DNA of 64,000 nucleotides from positions 10,330 to 74,329 of the forward strand of contig CAZVMP010000002.1 of NCBI GenBank assembly GCA_964628885.1, given 5' to 3'. Under the pieces are notes generated by a model that made no database searches, was not told the origin of the DNA, and worked only from the letters and a program-made list of their open reading frames with translations. Below are positions 46,461-58,306 of this stretch, piece by piece. This stretch comes from an uncultured Gammaproteobacteria bacterium (lineage in GTDB: Bacteria > Patescibacteriota > Microgenomatia > UBA12405). Both the position numbers and the translations under genes were made by a program. Position 1 is the first letter of the stretch. Each line of letters begins with the position of its first letter.

Positions 46461-49400
46461 ATGCCTTCCGTAAAAAGAACCTACTGGGGTCAAAAATACC
46501 CCAATATCCCTAAATTAGACTTAATTCAGATTCAAAAAGAGTCTTGGCGAGATTTTCTTGATCGTGAACTTAGGGAAACCATTCATGCTATTGCTCCTAT
46601 TATTGATTACACCGGCAATAATTGGCAACTTGATTTAGGTGAATTATCCTACGATCCTATTACCATTACTCCTGAAATTGCCAAGAAAAAAGGTCTTAAT
46701 TATACCGTTCCTATTCGTATTAAAGCTACTTTAACTAATAAGCGTACCGGTAATGTTCGTGAAGAAGATGTCTTTTTTCTAAATTTACCGACCATGACTG
46801 ACGAGGGTACTTTTATTATCAATGGTATCGAAAGGGGAGTTATTAATCAGCTGGTTCGATCTCCTGGTGTTTATTTTACTGGAGAAAGAGATGCTGCTAC
46901 TGGAAAAACTCTTTACAATGCCGAACTCCGTCCCAATAAAGGTTCCTGGTTAGAGTTTTTTGTTGGTAAAAAAGATGTTATTTTTGCTCGTATTGATCGA
47001 AAAAAGAAATTTCCTGCTACCATCTTGCTTCGAGCCGCTTGTCAGATGAACGACAAACAATTAGTTGCCGAGTTTGGTGATTTTATTTCCGCTACTATTC
47101 AGGCTGATGTTTCTAAAAGTCCTGAGGAAGCTGTTTTGGAATTTTATCGTAAGCTTCGACCAGGGGAACCTGTGGTTATGGAAAATGCTCAAAAGTTTTT
47201 CGAAGAAAGATTTTTTGATCTTAGAACTTACGAATTAGGTAACGTTGGTCGTTATAAGGTTAATAAAAAATTTGGATTTAAATTTGATGACACCGATAAA
47301 GCTAACTGGGTTTTACGAAAAGAAGACTTAATTGCCACTGTTAAATATTTAGTTGAACTCCAAAAAGGTAACGCCACCCGATTGGATGACATCGATAGTT
47401 TGGCTAATCGTCGTTTGCGCCGTTGTGGTGAAATAGTTTCTCAAATTGCTATCCGTCCAGCTATGGCTAGGTTTGAAAGAATGGTTAAAGAGAGAATGAG
47501 TTTAATTTCTACTAAAGAAAAACCGGCTCCTAGTCAAATGATTAATCCTCAGCCTTTAATCTCCACTCTTAACACTTTTTTTAGATCAAACCAATTATCT
47601 GCCATTCTCGATCAAACCAACCCTTTATCTGAGTTAGACTTACTTCGTCGGGTTACTGTTGTTGGAATTGGTGGTTTAACTCGAGATCGGGCCGCTTTCT
47701 CTATTCGTGACGTTCATTCATCTCAATATGGTCGCATTTGTACTGTTCGTTCACCTGAAGGTCCTAACATTGGATTAGTAACCTATTTGGCTCTTTATGC
47801 TCGAGTTGATAACTATGGTTTTATTTTAGCTCCATTCCGAAAATTAGTTAAAGTCAAAGATGGCTATACTATTTCAGATGATTATTTTTATCTTGACGCT
47901 GATGATGAGTTTGATAAAAAAATCACCCACCTTGGAATTAAATTTGATGACAAGGGAGTTACTACTCAAAAATGGGTTCCTATCCGTTACCAAGGAGAAT
48001 TTATTGAAGGGCCAATTAATCAGGTTGAATATATTGATTTAGTTCCTAATCAAATTGTTGGAGCTTCTGCTTCTCTAATTCCTTTTGTTGATCACGATGA
48101 TGCTACTCGGGCTCTTATGGGATCTCACATGCAGACTCAAGCAGTTCCTTTAGTTTCTCCTCAAGCCCCGATTGTTGGTACTGGTATGGAAGATGCTGTT
48201 GCCACCGCTATGAATCGTAGTGTTTTGGCTCATCGTTCTGGTAAGGTTACTTATGTTGATGGTTCTAGAATAGTTGTTACCTTAGACAAAAAGGCTGTAG
48301 TAGAGCATCACGATGAAAGTGAAATTAGCCCCGACGGTAAGACTGAAACTTATTATCTCTCAAAATTTGAGCGTACCTCGCCTTATGGAACTTGTTATAA
48401 CCAAAAATCAGTTGTTAAAACTGGAGATATTGTTAAACAAGGAGATCTTTTAATTGATGGTCCTTCTACTGATGGAGGTCAGTTATCTATCGGTAAAAAT
48501 TTACTGGTTGCTTACGCTGAACTTGACGGACTTAATTATGAAGATTCTTTTTTAATTTCTGACAGACTGGTTAAGGAAGATGTTTTAACCAATATCCAAA
48601 TCTATGAATATCAGGCTCAGGTAGTTGAAACCAAGCTTGGTTCAGAAGAATTAACCAAAGATATTCCTAATGTTTCTGAAAATGAACTTAGCAAGCTTAC
48701 CGATGATGGGATTGTTATGATTGGTGCTACCGTTGGCCCAAATGATATTTTAGTTGGTAAAGTTGAACCTCGTGGTGAAAAAGAATTGTCTGCTGAAGAA
48801 AGACTTCTTCGAGCTATTTTTGGTGAAAAAGCTCGTGAAGTTAAAGATACCTCTCTTAGAGTTGCTAACGGTGAAGGGGGAGTTGTTATTAAAGTAGATG
48901 TTTTAGACAAAGACCAAGGTGATGAACTTGATCCTGGGGTTAATAAGATTGTTAAAGTCTATATTGCTCAAATTCGTCGAATTCAGGAGGGTGATAAAAT
49001 CGCTGGAAGACATGGAAACAAAGGGGTCATTGGTCGGGTTTGGCCTTCATATGACATGCCTCGCACCGCCGATGGTACTCCAGTTGATTTAGTTATGTCC
49101 CCAATTTCTGTTATTTCCCGAATGAATTTAGGTCAAATTTTAGAAGCTAATCTAGCTCACGCCGGTCTTTATCTTAATAAAAGATATGCTGTTCCTGTTT
49201 TTGAAAAATACCCCGAAAGTCGAATTGCTGCCGAACTTGAATCTGCTGGTCTTGATAAAAGTTGTAAAGTTCAACTTTACGATGGTCGTACCGGTGAACC
49301 TTATGATCAACAAACTGTTGTCGGAGTTGGTTACATTCTTAAATTAGTTCATATGGTTGATGATAAAGTTCATTCTCGGTCTACTGGACCTTATTCCTTA

Positions 49401-49832
49401 GTTACTCAGCAACCTCTTGGTGGTAAAGCTCGTATGGGAGGTCAAAGATTAGGAGAAATGGAAGTTTGGGCTCTAGAAGCCCATCAAGCTGCTCATACTT
49501 TACAGGAAATGTTAACCATTAAATCTGATGATATTGATGGTAGAACTCATGCTTTCCAATCAATTATTAAAGGCGAACCAATTCCTGAGCCAGCTATTCC
49601 GGAATCATTTAAAGTTCTTACTAAAGAACTTTCTGGTTTAGCCCTGGACATCTCGCCGGTTGGGGTCAAGGAAATTGACCTTCTTCCTGAAGATGACACT
49701 TCTACTGCTGAGATTAAACCAGAAGATATTAGTCTGGAAATTCCAGCAGAAGAAAATTTTGAAGCCGAAACCGGTGACTTAACCGTTTCTGATTCGGCTA
49801 AGTTAGAGACTGAAATAAAGGAGGAACAATAA
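46461..49832 (+). CDS. rpoB: DNA-directed RNA polymerase subunit beta
   Basis: Full-length conserved Rpb2-type domains. ATG 46461 is preferred. The ORF track starts at TTG 46458. TTGACG-17-TAAATT lies at 46427-46455. Confidence 0.95.
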   Translation: MPSVKRTYWGQKYPNIPKLDLIQIQKESWRDFLDRELRETIHAIAPIIDYTGNNWQLDLGELSYDPITITPEIAKKKGLNYTVPIRIKATLTNKRTGNVREEDVFFLNLPTMTDEGTFIINGIERGVINQLVRSPGVYFTGERDAATGKTLYNAELRPNKGSWLEFFVGKKDVIFARIDRKKKFPATILLRAACQMNDKQLVAEFGDFISATIQADVSKSPEEAVLEFYRKLRPGEPVVMENAQKFFEERFFDLRTYELGNVGRYKVNKKFGFKFDDTDKANWVLRKEDLIATVKYLVELQKGNATRLDDIDSLANRRLRRCGEIVSQIAIRPAMARFERMVKERMSLISTKEKPAPSQMINPQPLISTLNTFFRSNQLSAILDQTNPLSELDLLRRVTVVGIGGLTRDRAAFSIRDVHSSQYGRICTVRSPEGPNIGLVTYLALYARVDNYGFILAPFRKLVKVKDGYTISDDYFYLDADDEFDKKITHLGIKFDDKGVTTQKWVPIRYQGEFIEGPINQVEYIDLVPNQIVGASASLIPFVDHDDATRALMGSHMQTQAVPLVSPQAPIVGTGMEDAVATAMNRSVLAHRSGKVTYVDGSRIVVTLDKKAVVEHHDESEISPDGKTETYYLSKFERTSPYGTCYNQKSVVKTGDIVKQGDLLIDGPSTDGGQLSIGKNLLVAYAELDGLNYEDSFLISDRLVKEDVLTNIQIYEYQAQVVETKLGSEELTKDIPNVSENELSKLTDDGIVMIGATVGPNDILVGKVEPRGEKELSAEERLLRAIFGEKAREVKDTSLRVANGEGGVVIKVDVLDKDQGDELDPGVNKIVKVYIAQIRRIQEGDKIAGRHGNKGVIGRVWPSYDMPRTADGTPVDLVMSPISVISRMNLGQILEANLAHAGLYLNKRYAVPVFEKYPESRIAAELESAGLDKSCKVQLYDGRTGEPYDQQTVVGVGYILKLVHMVDDKVHSRSTGPYSLVTQQPLGGKARMGGQRLGEMEVWALEAHQAAHTLQEMLTIKSDDIDGRTHAFQSIIKGEPIPEPAIPESFKVLTKELSGLALDISPVGVKEIDLLPEDDTSTAEIKPEDISLEIPAEENFEAETGDLTVSDSAKLETEIKEEQ

Positions 49833-52800
49833 TGTTTAAATTTAAAAATATGATCGAATTTTCCGGTCTTCAAATTAAATTAGCTTCCCCGGAAGAAATT
49901 CTTGAATGGTCCCACGGTGAAGTCACTAAACCCGAAACTATTAATTATCGAAGTTGGCGTCCTGAAAAAGACGGCTTATTTTGTGAAAAAATTTTTGGAC
50001 CTAGTCGTGATTATGAATGTTATTGTGGTAAGTACAAAAAAATTCGTTTTAAAGGGGTTGTTTGTGATCGCTGCGGGGTTGAAGTCACTGTTTCCAAAGT
50101 TAGACGTGAACGTATGGGACACATCTCCTTGGCTGCTCCAGTAACTCATCTTTGGTATCTCCGCAATACTCCTTCTCCTTTGGGAGTAATTCTTGATGTT
50201 CCTCAAAAAGATTTGGAATCAGTTGTTTATTTTACTAAATACCTAATTACCCATGTTGATGATTCTAAAAGAAAAGAAGCTTTAGATAATTTACAACAAT
50301 ATTCTCATAATCGATTAGAACAAATTGATGCTGATACTAAAAAAACTATTGAGCAAAAAACTACTGAGATGGAAAAAGAAAAATCTGATCTCAAAAAAAA
50401 GATAAAAAATAAAGATCAGCTTAATATTGCTCAAGAAGAAAGAGATGTCCGTCTCAAACAGGAAATTCAAAAAATTGAAAATAAGGCCTTAGCTGAAAAA
50501 AACCGGATTGAGGGCTTAATTAAATATCTTGAGGAAAAAATTCAAACCATTAATGTTCTTTCGACTATTTCTGATGAAGAGAATTTTTACTTATCTCAGT
50601 TTAGAGCTAATATTTTCTTTACTGCCAGGATGGGAGCTGAGAGCTTAGTTGATGTCTTGTCTCAAATTGATTTAGTTGAAACCGTCAAAGATCTTAAAAA
50701 AGAACTTGCCAAAACCAGTTCTAAAATCAAAAAGAAGAAAATCATGTATAAGATTAGAATTCTTAGTGGTATGAGCGACAATAATATTAAGGCATCATCA
50801 ATGATCTTAACAAATGTCCCGGTTATTCCACCAGATTTACGTCCCATGGTCCAATTGACTGGAGGTCGTTTTGCTACCTCAGATTTAAACGATCTTTATC
50901 GCCGGCTTATTAATCGTAATAACCGTCTTAAAAAACTACTCAAACTTGGAGCTCCAGAAATAATTCTTCGTAATGAAAAAAGAATGCTTCAAGAGTCAGT
51001 TGATATTCTAATTGATGCTCAAAAAGCCTCTAAAAACAAACGCAAAAGTCTTAAAAGAATCCCCAGATCATTATCTGATCTTTTACGTGGTAAAAAAGGT
51101 CGTTTCCGACGTAATCTTTTAGGTAAGCGGGTTGATTATTCCGGTCGTTCCGTCATCGTTGTTGGTCCCGAGTTAGCTCTTGATGAAGTTGGTTTGCCAA
51201 AAGAAATTGCTCTAGAAATGTTCCGTCCTTTTGTTCTTAGGGAACTTATGGCTACTGGTATTGCTCCAAATATCAAAAGTGCTAAAAATTTAATTGATCA
51301 TCGAATTACTGAAGTTTATGATATTTTAGAAAAAGTCACTCAAGATAAGTATGTCCTTCTTAACCGAGCTCCAACCCTTCATAAACTTTCCATTCAGGCA
51401 TTTAAGCCAGTCCTTACTGACGGTTTAGCTATTCGTCTTCATCCTTGTGTTTGTAAAGGATTTAACGCTGATTTTGATGGTGATCAAATGGGAGTTCATC
51501 TCCCCTTGTCTCAAGCCTCTCAAAAAGAAGCCAAAGAATTAATGTTGCCGTCAAAGAATTTGCTTAAGCCAGCAGATAGTAGCCCAATTTCTATCCCTAC
51601 CCAAGGGATGGCTGTCGGCTGCTACTACATTACTTCAGTCAGGTCTCAGGATTTAGCCAAAGAAACTGCCAAAGGGTTTAAAGATTTATCCATCTTTACT
51701 AATCGAGCTGAAGCCGAATTAGCTTATCAATCAAATAAGATTGAACTTCGAGAGCTTATTGCCGTTCGAATTAAAGGTGAAATTATTAAAACTACTTTTG
51801 GTCGAATTTGGTTTAACAAAATCCTCCCCAAAGAGTTTAATTTTGTTAATGAAGCTATGGCTGGCTCCAAGGCTCTCAATGACCTGGTTGTTAAATCTCT
51901 AGAAATTGCTGGTCGAGTTAAAACTGTTAAGCTTATTGACTCTCTTAAGGAGATTGGTTTTAAAGGCTTTACCTTATCTGGTATCTCTTTATCTATGAAT
52001 GATTGTGGTTATCTTCCTAAAAAAGATGACATTATTCATAACGCCAATAAACTCGTTGCTGAAATTGAAGATAACTTCAAAATTGGTCTTATTAGTAATG
52101 ATGAAAAGAAACGTCTTAGTCAAAATATTTGGTTAGAAAAGACTGAAGAAATTGCTGAAAAGACTTGGGAAACCTTAGATGTAGATTCTCCAATTAGAAT
52201 TGTTTCTTCTGCTGGAATTAAAAGAGCTTCAAAAGACCAAATTAAACAGCTTTCTGGTATGAGAGGGCTCATGGTTGATCCTACCGGAAAAATTGTTCAA
52301 TTACCCACTAAATCAAACTTTAGAGAAGGATTATCAGTTTTTGAGTATGTTACCGGAGCTCGTGGTACTCGCAAAGGTTTGGCTGATACTGCTCTTAAGA
52401 CAGCAGATGCCGGTTATCTTACTCGTCGTTTAGTTGATGCCGCCCACATCTCTATTATTAGAATTGATGATTGCGGTACTAAAAAATATATTACTGTTGA
52501 CGCCAACGAAAAAGGTCGCGAAAGATATTTTACTCGTCGTATCTTAGGCCGTGTTTTAGCCAATGATATTATTGACCCTAAGACTAAGAAGGTTTTTCTT
52601 AAAAAAGGTGATATCTTGGATAACAATGCTGTTGATCTTATTGAAAGCAAACAGATCACTTCAGTTGATGTTCGTTCACCTATTACTTGTGCTGCTGAAA
52701 CCGGTCTTTGTCGTCAATGTTATGGTTGGGATTTATCAACTAGAAAAATGGTTGATGTCGGGGTTCCTGTTGGAGTTGTTGCCGCTCAGTCTGTTGGTGA

Positions 52801-53563
52801 ACCAGGTACTCAATTAACATTAAGAACTAAACATACCGGTGGAGTTGTCGGGGTTGACGTTACTCAAGGATTGCCTCGGGTTCAAGAATTATTTGAAATT
52901 CGTATTCCTAAGATTCCTTCACCTTTAGCTGAAATTAATGGTAAGGTTAAGATCAAAGAATCTCTTGATGGTTACGAAGTTAAACTTAGCGGTAAAGATG
53001 ATAAAAAAATTAGCAAAACCATTACTTATATTTTGCCTTCAAATGCCAATTTATTAGTCGCTGATGGTGACCTGGTCGGCAAAGGGACTCAATTATCTTC
53101 TGGATCTCTTGATGTTAGAGAAATTATGGACATCAAAGGTCTTGAAGCTGCTCAAAAATATTTAATAAATAATATTCAAGGGGTTTATGAATCTCAAGGG
53201 ATTACTATCCATGATAAACACTTGGAAGTTATTGTTAAAGAAATGAGCGGTAAGATTAAAATTGAAGACCCTGGTGATACTAATTTCCTCTATGGTCAGA
53301 TTGTCTCTTTGGCAGTTTTTAATGCTACCAACGAAAAAGTCAAAGCTAAAGAGGAATACAATAAGCCAGCTACTGGACGACAAATTCTTCTAGGATTAAT
53401 TCAGTCAGCTCTCACCACCGGATCCTGGTTGTCAGCTGCTTCATTCCAACAAACTACCAGTATTTTGACGGAAGCATCTTTAATTGCTGAAGTCGATGAC
53501 TTGATAGGTTTAAAGGAAAATGTTATTATCGGACGTCTTATTCCTGTCAATAAGGATCAATAA
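49832..53563 (+). CDS. rpoC: DNA-directed RNA polymerase subunit beta'
   Basis: NADFDGDQM active site and the Zn-binding CxxC motifs. The ATG overlaps the rpoB TAA (ATAATG). Confidence 0.95.
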   Translation: MFKFKNMIEFSGLQIKLASPEEILEWSHGEVTKPETINYRSWRPEKDGLFCEKIFGPSRDYECYCGKYKKIRFKGVVCDRCGVEVTVSKVRRERMGHISLAAPVTHLWYLRNTPSPLGVILDVPQKDLESVVYFTKYLITHVDDSKRKEALDNLQQYSHNRLEQIDADTKKTIEQKTTEMEKEKSDLKKKIKNKDQLNIAQEERDVRLKQEIQKIENKALAEKNRIEGLIKYLEEKIQTINVLSTISDEENFYLSQFRANIFFTARMGAESLVDVLSQIDLVETVKDLKKELAKTSSKIKKKKIMYKIRILSGMSDNNIKASSMILTNVPVIPPDLRPMVQLTGGRFATSDLNDLYRRLINRNNRLKKLLKLGAPEIILRNEKRMLQESVDILIDAQKASKNKRKSLKRIPRSLSDLLRGKKGRFRRNLLGKRVDYSGRSVIVVGPELALDEVGLPKEIALEMFRPFVLRELMATGIAPNIKSAKNLIDHRITEVYDILEKVTQDKYVLLNRAPTLHKLSIQAFKPVLTDGLAIRLHPCVCKGFNADFDGDQMGVHLPLSQASQKEAKELMLPSKNLLKPADSSPISIPTQGMAVGCYYITSVRSQDLAKETAKGFKDLSIFTNRAEAELAYQSNKIELRELIAVRIKGEIIKTTFGRIWFNKILPKEFNFVNEAMAGSKALNDLVVKSLEIAGRVKTVKLIDSLKEIGFKGFTLSGISLSMNDCGYLPKKDDIIHNANKLVAEIEDNFKIGLISNDEKKRLSQNIWLEKTEEIAEKTWETLDVDSPIRIVSSAGIKRASKDQIKQLSGMRGLMVDPTGKIVQLPTKSNFREGLSVFEYVTGARGTRKGLADTALKTADAGYLTRRLVDAAHISIIRIDDCGTKKYITVDANEKGRERYFTRRILGRVLANDIIDPKTKKVFLKKGDILDNNAVDLIESKQITSVDVRSPITCAAETGLCRQCYGWDLSTRKMVDVGVPVGVVAAQSVGEPGTQLTLRTKHTGGVVGVDVTQGLPRVQELFEIRIPKIPSPLAEINGKVKIKESLDGYEVKLSGKDDKKISKTITYILPSNANLLVADGDLVGKGTQLSSGSLDVREIMDIKGLEAAQKYLINNIQGVYESQGITIHDKHLEVIVKEMSGKIKIEDPGDTNFLYGQIVSLAVFNATNEKVKAKEEYNKPATGRQILLGLIQSALTTGSWLSAASFQQTTSILTEASLIAEVDDLIGLKENVIIGRLIPVNKDQ

Positions 53564-53567
53564 AAAT

Positions 53568-53993
53568 ATGCCAACAGCAAACCAACTTATCAAAAAAGGC
53601 CGCAAAGTGAGGATTAAAAAACTCAAAACCGGGGCTCTTCGTGATAATTTTAATACCGTTAATAATCGTTTTACTAAAACTATTAATCCGGTTAAAAAAG
53701 GGGTAGTAACTGTCGTTAAAACTATGACCCCTAAAAAACCTCATTCTGCTTTGAGAAAAATTTGTAAAGTCAAATTAAGTAATCGAAACTTGGTTACTGC
53801 TTATATTCCTGGTATTGGCCATAATTTAGCCGAACACAGTATTGTCTCTATTCGTGGAGGTCGGGTCCGAGATTTACCTGGTGTCCGTTATCATGTTATT
53901 AGAGGTAAATTTGACGCTGCTGGTGTTACTGGAAGAATGCAATCTCGCAGTAAATACGGTGCTAAAAAACCTGGGGCCGCTAAAGCTGCCTAA
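53568..53993 (+). CDS. rpsL: 30S ribosomal protein S12
   Basis: [12 protein letters not shown]...PKKPNSALRK-like region ([16 protein letters not shown]) and [13 protein letters not shown] 53568 lies 4 nt after the rpoC stop. Confidence 0.9.
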   Translation: MPTANQLIKKGRKVRIKKLKTGALRDNFNTVNNRFTKTINPVKKGVVTVVKTMTPKKPHSALRKICKVKLSNRNLVTAYIPGIGHNLAEHSIVSIRGGRVRDLPGVRYHVIRGKFDAAGVTGRMQSRSKYGAKKPGAAKAA

Positions 53994-54033
53994 ATTATAA
54001 ACTTTATAACTTTTAACTTTATAAAAAACTATT

Positions 54034-54516
54034 ATGTCCAGAAAAGGAGCTAGTAAAATTAGACAAGTTGAACCAGATGCTATCTATAATAGTGTTTTGG
54101 TCTCCAAAATTATTAATGCTACCATGAAAGATGGTAAGCGGAATGCTGCTGAAAAACAAATTTATCAAGCATTAGAATTAATTAAAAAGGATTTTCCTAA
54201 AGAATCAGAGTTAGAGGTTCTGGAGAGAGCTTTCGAAAATATTAAGCCTAAGATTGAAGTCCGTCCTCGTCGAATTGGAGGTGCTGTTTATCAAATTCCT
54301 ACCCCAGTTCGAGGTCTCCGTCAAAATTCTTTAGCAATTCGTTGGTTAATTAGTTCTTCTCGAGCTAGAAGTAATAAACAATACCATTCGTTTGCTCAAA
54401 AAATTGCCGCTGAACTTAATGATGCCCTTAGTAATAGTGGGGCTGCTGTCGCCAAAAGAGTAGAAATCGAACGGATGGCTGAAGCTAATAAAGCCTTTGC
54501 TCACCTCAGGTGGTAG
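54034..54516 (+). CDS. rpsG: 30S ribosomal protein S7
   Basis: MSRKG...VLVSKIINATMKDGKRNAAEKQIY...RW matches S7. Confidence 0.9.
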   Translation: MSRKGASKIRQVEPDAIYNSVLVSKIINATMKDGKRNAAEKQIYQALELIKKDFPKESELEVLERAFENIKPKIEVRPRRIGGAVYQIPTPVRGLRQNSLAIRWLISSSRARSNKQYHSFAQKIAAELNDALSNSGAAVAKRVEIERMAEANKAFAHLRW

Positions 54517-54600
54517 TTTTACAAACTAAAAACCTATTGTTGGGGATTTTTTTCTTTAGTCTTGATTTCATAGTTAAATTTAGTCATACTTAGATAATAT

Positions 54601-55968
54601 ATGTCGTTATTTTCCAAGCCCAAGATTGTTATTTGGCCCAAAAGTCAGTCGGTTGAAATTTATCTTAGCCGTAAGGACAATAATTTTTTCAGTTTAGATA
54701 TTAATCTTTGGCAAGAAAGATCAGGAAAGGATTTGGAGGGGTTAATTTTTTTCCTAAATCAAAACAAAATTACTCAAGCTTCAGTTTTAATTCCTGATGA
54801 TGTTGTTGTTACTAAATCATTTGTTTATGATACTAAAATTGACACCATTGATAAAAAAGAGGTTATTAGTCTAGCTTCCGGTTTTGTTAATTTTAATATT
54901 AATCCAGAATCTATTGAATATTCTCTAATTCAAGATGGAGATAAAACTATCATTAACTCCGTTATTTATGATAAATCGAAAATTGATTGTCTTAAATCTA
55001 ATCTCCTTAAAACTAATTTAAACATCACTTCCTATCAACCAGTTTCAGCCGCAGTTAGCAACGTTGTTTCTAGAATTTATCTTAATGAATTTTTTCTTAT
55101 CTATCCCTTAAATGATCGTGAATATACTTTATTGCTCTCAAAAAATAATCAAGTTTATTTGACCGCTAATTTTAAAGGTCCAGGACTTGATATTCAAAAA
55201 ACCATTAATTATGCTCAACTGTATTTTTCTAATCCAGTTACCAAAATCTATTATCCGGAGAATAAAGACTTAGAAATTATTACTTCTACAGAAATGGAAA
55301 AAACTTCCTATAATGAAACTCAAATTGCTCAAAGCTTAAACCAACCTGGGAATATGCCGTTACCAGTTGTTGGTCAGAATAATGGTATAATTAACTCAAA
55401 TAAAGATATTAGTTTAACTAAACAATCAAATATGAATAATAAAAAGAATTTAATCCCTATAATTGCCGTTATTATCTTTTCTTTTGCGATTGTTTCCTTT
55501 ATTGTTTATCTTATAATCAACAAAAATCAATCTTCTGAAATAATTGATGGTAATCAACTTGACCAAGATGTCATTCCTACCACCATTATTGAAGCTATTA
55601 CTCCCGAACCCACTCCAATCGTTGAAGAAATTAGTAAGGATATAAAAATCCAGGTCCTAAATGCTACTGAAATTAACGGTCAGGCTGCTACTCTTAAGGC
55701 TAAATTAGTTTCTTTAGGATTTGAAAACGTTGCCGTCGGCAATGCTGCCACTGCTGCCACTACTAATTCTGTTCAGGTTAAATCAGCCACTACTTCAGCT
55801 TATTTTGAGTCAGTTTTAATGGAAGATTTCCCCGCCGACTATACCGACGATCTTAAATCAACCTCTACTTATGATGCTGTTTTCACTATTGGTACCGACA
55901 TTTCTGGGATGAAAACTATTACTGTTACTCCCACCACAACTACCACTCCTACCGTTGTTGAAGAATAA
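54601..55968 (+). CDS. Bitopic membrane protein: PilM-like N-terminal cytoplasmic domain, TM helix, C-terminal LytR_C (LytR/CpsA/Psr C-terminal) domain
   Basis: The N-terminus KIVIWPKSQSVEIYL...ASVLIPDDVVVTKSF...IEYSLIQDGDKTIINSVIYDKSKIDCLKSNLLKTNLNI follows the PilM/FtsA-like pattern. The TM helix is LIPIIAVIIFSFAIVSFIVYLII. The C-terminus IKIQVLNATEINGQAATLKAKLVSLGFENVAVGNAA...YDAVFTIGTD matches the LytR_C consensus. A candidate promoter (TTGATT...TAGATAAT) lies at 54561-54597. Confidence 0.45.
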   Translation: MSLFSKPKIVIWPKSQSVEIYLSRKDNNFFSLDINLWQERSGKDLEGLIFFLNQNKITQASVLIPDDVVVTKSFVYDTKIDTIDKKEVISLASGFVNFNINPESIEYSLIQDGDKTIINSVIYDKSKIDCLKSNLLKTNLNITSYQPVSAAVSNVVSRIYLNEFFLIYPLNDREYTLLLSKNNQVYLTANFKGPGLDIQKTINYAQLYFSNPVTKIYYPENKDLEIITSTEMEKTSYNETQIAQSLNQPGNMPLPVVGQNNGIINSNKDISLTKQSNMNNKKNLIPIIAVIIFSFAIVSFIVYLIINKNQSSEIIDGNQLDQDVIPTTIIEAITPEPTPIVEEISKDIKIQVLNATEINGQAATLKAKLVSLGFENVAVGNAATAATTNSVQVKSATTSAYFESVLMEDFPADYTDDLKSTSTYDAVFTIGTDISGMKTITVTPTTTTTPTVVEE

Positions 55969-55975
55969 TTAATTT

Positions 55976-57250
55976 ATGGTTGAGTCGTCACGGTATCAAC
56001 AGGATCAGCTAGCTATTTCAAACAAGGAGAAAATAGATTCTCTTCGAGAATTTACTGTTTCTCCTGATGGTCAAGAGACCATGATTAATTTTGTTGAATC
56101 TCTCAGATCAGAAGTTGGTAATCGGTCTGGTTGGGAAGCTGTTTGCCGTCAGGCTGAAGCCGAAATATCACTTTACCCGGTTACCGATGAGGTTTTAAAC
56201 AAGTTAAATCAATCTTTTTCTGTTTTTATTGATCGAATGCCTCCTGGTCACGACCGTGGTCATTTATCCCGCGATTTATTAGCCTCACTTTATCTCTACG
56301 GCTCTACTAGGAACAACATCTCTTATAAATCAGATGCAACTGCTGGTTTACTGGCCGGTATTTACCATGATATTGGCACGGCTATTATTCCTAGATATCA
56401 GGACAACAAGTACGGCGCCGGTCATGCTGAAACTGGTTCTTATCTTTTTTGGCAGATTTCAGAGGGGCTTATTGATGAAAATACCCGAAAATTAGCTTGT
56501 TATGCTATTGCCGCTCATACTCATTATTTAAATGATATTAAGACTTCTTTTCCTAAAGATTATCTCAGAAAAACTTACTGGGATGATCTCCATCAGGATG
56601 ATGACGGCAAGCTTATCGGTACCGCCATCCATCTAACTCGTTGCAGTGATAGGGCTGATAGTAATGGGGTTAATCTTATTTTTCGTCACATCAACGCTAA
56701 TATAGACACTCTTCAACAAGGTGGTCAAGAAATTCATGATGATCAGTGGATTGATATTAACCGCGACAGTTTAATTAAGGTCTTAACTCCTATTATTAGG
56801 GAAGATCAAACCAAACCATTAACCACCTTAGAGCACGTTCTCCGTTTTGCTAAGTCAAATGACGGTACCACTCCTTATTCTAAGAATGATCATTTTTTTC
56901 CCGAATTTAAAAAAATACTTAGATTAGAGCTGGCTCAATTTAGAGATTTTATGACTAGTCTTAACGACCACTCTTCATCTATTAACGGTAACAACCTCTC
57001 TTCTCAGGAGACAATAAAATCTTTTTTGTATAAATTTTCCAAATCAGATCCTCATGATTTTGATCAAGCTTGGTTAAGTTTCACCAAAATTTGGCCTCAA
57101 ATCAACAAAGACCACCAGCTTCGTTGGTATCGTGGCACGGCTTATGCCAAATCAGCTTATAATGACTTACTTGATTTTTATCAGCAGGAACTCAAATCAT
57201 CCGATTTTCCACTAACTGTTGACCGCACTATTGATTTTCTCCGCCACTAG
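55976..57250 (+). CDS. Hypothetical HD-domain-like protein
   Basis: PPGHDRGHLSRD, GIYHDIGTA, AGHAETG, AIAAHTHYLND and RCSDRADSNG show a His/Asp metal-ligand pattern consistent with an HD phosphohydrolase fold. The call is weak. Confidence 0.35.
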   Translation: MVESSRYQQDQLAISNKEKIDSLREFTVSPDGQETMINFVESLRSEVGNRSGWEAVCRQAEAEISLYPVTDEVLNKLNQSFSVFIDRMPPGHDRGHLSRDLLASLYLYGSTRNNISYKSDATAGLLAGIYHDIGTAIIPRYQDNKYGAGHAETGSYLFWQISEGLIDENTRKLACYAIAAHTHYLNDIKTSFPKDYLRKTYWDDLHQDDDGKLIGTAIHLTRCSDRADSNGVNLIFRHINANIDTLQQGGQEIHDDQWIDINRDSLIKVLTPIIREDQTKPLTTLEHVLRFAKSNDGTTPYSKNDHFFPEFKKILRLELAQFRDFMTSLNDHSSSINGNNLSSQETIKSFLYKFSKSDPHDFDQAWLSFTKIWPQINKDHQLRWYRGTAYAKSAYNDLLDFYQQELKSSDFPLTVDRTIDFLRH

Positions 57251-57286
57251 AAACTGTCTTGAAAAATCGCTTCCAAATACGATACA

Positions 57287-58306
57287 ATGGTGTCACATAT
57301 GAAAATACTAATTACTGGCGGTCTTGGTTTTATTGGTTCGAATTTCATTAAGTATTGGTTTAAACAACATCCCAATGATTCCATCATTAATTTTGATAAG
57401 GTTACTTATGCTGCCAACCCTCGTAATTTAGTTGAATTTAATAATCATCCCAATTATCGTTTTGTTAAAGGTGATATTTTAGATGAGGCTTTGGTTAATG
57501 ACCTAGTTTCTCAGGTTGATCTAATTGTTCATTTTGCTGCCGAGTCACACGTTGATCGCTCTATTGATGACCCATCATTATTTGTTCGCACTAACGTCTT
57601 GGGTACTTACAATCTTTTAATGGCTGCTCGTCAACATAATACCCGTTTTCACCATGTTTCCACTGATGAGGTTTTTGGCAGTATTGATATTGACTCTTCT
57701 AATCAATTTAATGAAACTACTCCTTACGATCCCTCCAGCCCTTATTCAGCTTCTAAGGCTTCATCAGATCATTTTGTCAGATCTTTTCATAAAACTTTTG
57801 GTTTACCGGTTACTATTAGTAACTGTTCCAATAATTATGGTCCTTATCAGCATCCTGAAAAAATGATTCCTCGGACAGTTACCAACCTTTTGTCTGGTCA
57901 AAAAGTCAAAATTTATGGTCAAGGTCTTAATTTCCGTGATTGGCTTCATGTTGAAGACCATTGTCGGGCTTTAGAATTAATTATTCTAAAAGGTAGAATT
58001 GGTCAAACTTACTGTATTGGTGGTCTTAAGAAAGGTACTTCCAATATTGATTTGGTTAAACAAATCTTAAAATTAATGAATAAGGATGAATCCGATATTG
58101 AATATGTTGCTGACCGCCCAGCTCACGACAATTATGCTGTCAATTGGGATAAGATTAGTCAAGAATTGGGTTGGCAACCTCAATATGATTTAGAGTCAGG
58201 TCTCAAACAAACCATCAACTGGTATACTCAAAACGAATCCTGGTGGCAGGAAACCAAAAAAGAAGCTGAAGAGTTTTATCTCAAATTAAATCAATCAAAA
58301 AAATAA
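57287..58306 (+). CDS. rfbB: dTDP-glucose 4,6-dehydratase
   Basis: MKILITGGLGFIGSNF Rossmann motif, the YSASKAS catalytic YxxxK, and DEVFG. Confidence 0.85.
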   Translation: MVSHMKILITGGLGFIGSNFIKYWFKQHPNDSIINFDKVTYAANPRNLVEFNNHPNYRFVKGDILDEALVNDLVSQVDLIVHFAAESHVDRSIDDPSLFVRTNVLGTYNLLMAARQHNTRFHHVSTDEVFGSIDIDSSNQFNETTPYDPSSPYSASKASSDHFVRSFHKTFGLPVTISNCSNNYGPYQHPEKMIPRTVTNLLSGQKVKIYGQGLNFRDWLHVEDHCRALELIILKGRIGQTYCIGGLKKGTSNIDLVKQILKLMNKDESDIEYVADRPAHDNYAVNWDKISQELGWQPQYDLESGLKQTINWYTQNESWWQETKKEAEEFYLKLNQSKK

